A stretch of 64,000 nt of DNA, taken from the NCBI GenBank assembly GCA_021613535.1, contig CP075493.1, positions 124,001-188,000 on the forward strand, in the 5' to 3' direction. This DNA is from Adineta vaga (Eukaryota > Animalia > Rotifera). Positions 62,053 through 64,000 of this stretch are shown here, in pieces. The stretch's first letter is position 1. The number at the start of each line of letters is the position of its first letter. Below the pieces are notes generated by a model that saw nothing but the letters and a program-made list of their open reading frames with translations, was not told the origin of the DNA and ran no database searches. A program made the position numbers and the translations under genes.

Positions 62053-64000
62053 TGGGAATTCCGAAGTTAGCCAATTGTGACTTTCGCCAATTATTGGCGA
62101 AATTCCATACAATATATTGGCGAATTTCTATAGGACATATTGGCGAGAGTCGAGTAAATTGTTATTCATTTAAATAGGACAATCGCAAACTGTGAGTGCA
62201 TGGAAGTTATGTTTTACATTACATGCATGTATGAGAAGCTGCTTAGATAGAACGTCTGTCACCTCACCATTTATGAACAATAACTCTATCATTCTTTGAT
62301 CACCAACTACTAGAAGTATTTATTGGCATAATTCCAATGGAAATTCGTCAATTGGCGAATGTCATGAGGGTGAATTGGCGAAAGTATAATGGATATTCGC
62401 CAATTGGCGAATGGGCACTAGGACAATTCGTCGCATATATATTATAATTAATTGACAAAGCTACATATGTAATTCAATTAATAGGATAACTACACTATCA
62501 CAACAGTCGTGTTAGTAACACCAAGTGCAACCTAATATTCTAGTGGTATTGCGAACAAGAAGATACGGATTCACTTGAAAACTACATACAAAATGTTTCG
62601 AAAGTACCAAAAAAGAAAACACAGAATATGAATAGTAAAAAAACTTATAAGAAAGTCTTAAGAGGAGAACGTTATTCAGTTAACTGTCAGACAAAAAATT
62701 TATTTCGTTTGAAATGTTAGGTTGTATTTCAACGTTATGAATCAAACAGATTCAAGCAAACTTCTACTATAGAAAAACATTCTACAACTTAGCGAATGAT
62801 TTTTATCATAGTTCATTTAGTGGATATTTCATTTTTTAGGATGTTTATTTTAGTTAGTGAAAATACAAAGATTTCTTTTATGAAATACACATTAGCTCAC
62901 AACAGTGATCGCTATGTAAAATGAGTATTACCTCCAAATTGAGATTCTCGATAAAATACGGTTCAAGTTAGTACCGCTCCTTTACAGTATACATAATAAA
63001 TTATCAAGAATATCTATTCATAATTATGAAGCCTTAAAAATCCCTTATAGAATCCATCTTCCGTAAACAAAACAATCCAGGTACTGTTTTTTTCAGAAGT
63101 GTAAAGTTTTGAGTTGATTTCTGTTAAGTTTGTTTCGTTACGTATTGTACATTTTTTTAAAATTATTGTTTCTTTTTGCAACGTAATAACCCTTATACAA
63201 TGTTTATCTCGCTCTCTCTCTCTCTACCTTTATATTATGTTAATCTTGTTACAATTAACGAATTATACGACGAATCGTCCGACGACGAATTGTCTGCGAC
63301 GAATTGTCCAGTCACCGGCGAATGTCCCGCAGGGCTCGAAACGGGCCTCATTTTCGTGACCCGACCCGGCCCAAAATGGCCCGTGTGTTTTCTATGCCCG
63401 CCCGAGCTCAATAAAATTTGGCTCAGCCCGGACCGCCGTATTTATCATGCCCACCCGGCCCGGCCCGAGACCGAAGGATAGTTTATTATAAACATTTGCT
63501 CTTTTTATTAGGAGTAAAGGATTCTTTTAGTGATAAGCAATGTTTCCAAAAAGCAAATAGCTAGCATTATGATGTGTCCGGTGGACTTAAATTAAGTGAA
63601 TAAAACTCTACCACTAGAAAATTGTCTGAGTTAAACATGAGTGAACTTAATAAGATGGTATTTCAAAGCATATTTTGATGTGCTGGTCGTAATCAGACAT
63701 AACTCATTGTAATATGTCTCTGAATTTTTGGTAAAATAAGCCTGAACGAAGTGTATCATGTATGTAGATTATATCGTCTTACACTGTAATCGGTTAATGA
63801 AGTAGGACTCAATGAACATTTGTGCAGATGCATGATCAAAAAATGTGGATAACCATTTTTTATAGGTTAACTTTAGTCCACTATAGAAACGTATGATTTT
63901 TAGATCGCTTTGGCAATGAGCAGTAAAATTTTCTTATTGCATGCGGGCTACTTTCATAAATGAGCTAGCTTTTCATATTATTAAAGTACAAGTATTTTAG

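Noticed and set aside
1-64000. tRNA or rRNA genes, PPTase, transporter or cluster transcription factor
   Set aside because: None recognisable by eye; small or highly spliced genes could have been missed.

Overview
AT-rich, intron-containing animal DNA packed with nested MITEs and DNA transposons. It carries (TGTGGG)n/(TGAGGG)n repeats and hammerhead-plus-telomere modules typical of bdelloid rotifers (taxon inferred). The central feature is an apparently intact 8-exon, fungal-type non-reducing polyketide synthase (SAT-KS-MAT-PT-ACP-ACP*-TE, 2093 aa when spliced, 10498..22056), whose 4.9-kb intron 4 holds five nested mobile elements. Directly downstream lie two small-molecule O-methyltransferases (one frameshifted), a GRE2/aldehyde-reductase-II-type extended SDR and a small SET protein. 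Further out are an AtaL/SRPBCC-like protein and the C-terminal half of an NRPS condensation domain, and upstream is the last exon of an animal-type UDP-glycosyltransferase. Almost every non-transposon gene in the window is a secondary-metabolism enzyme type, which suggests a mosaic, partly horizontally acquired biosynthetic gene cluster for an aromatic polyketide in a metazoan genome. The rest is hAT, Tc5/pogo, Tc1/mariner and EnSpm/CMC elements, solo-LTR and Athena/Terminon-like remnants, and many palindromic MITEs. Domain calls are from motif recognition only; no searches were run.
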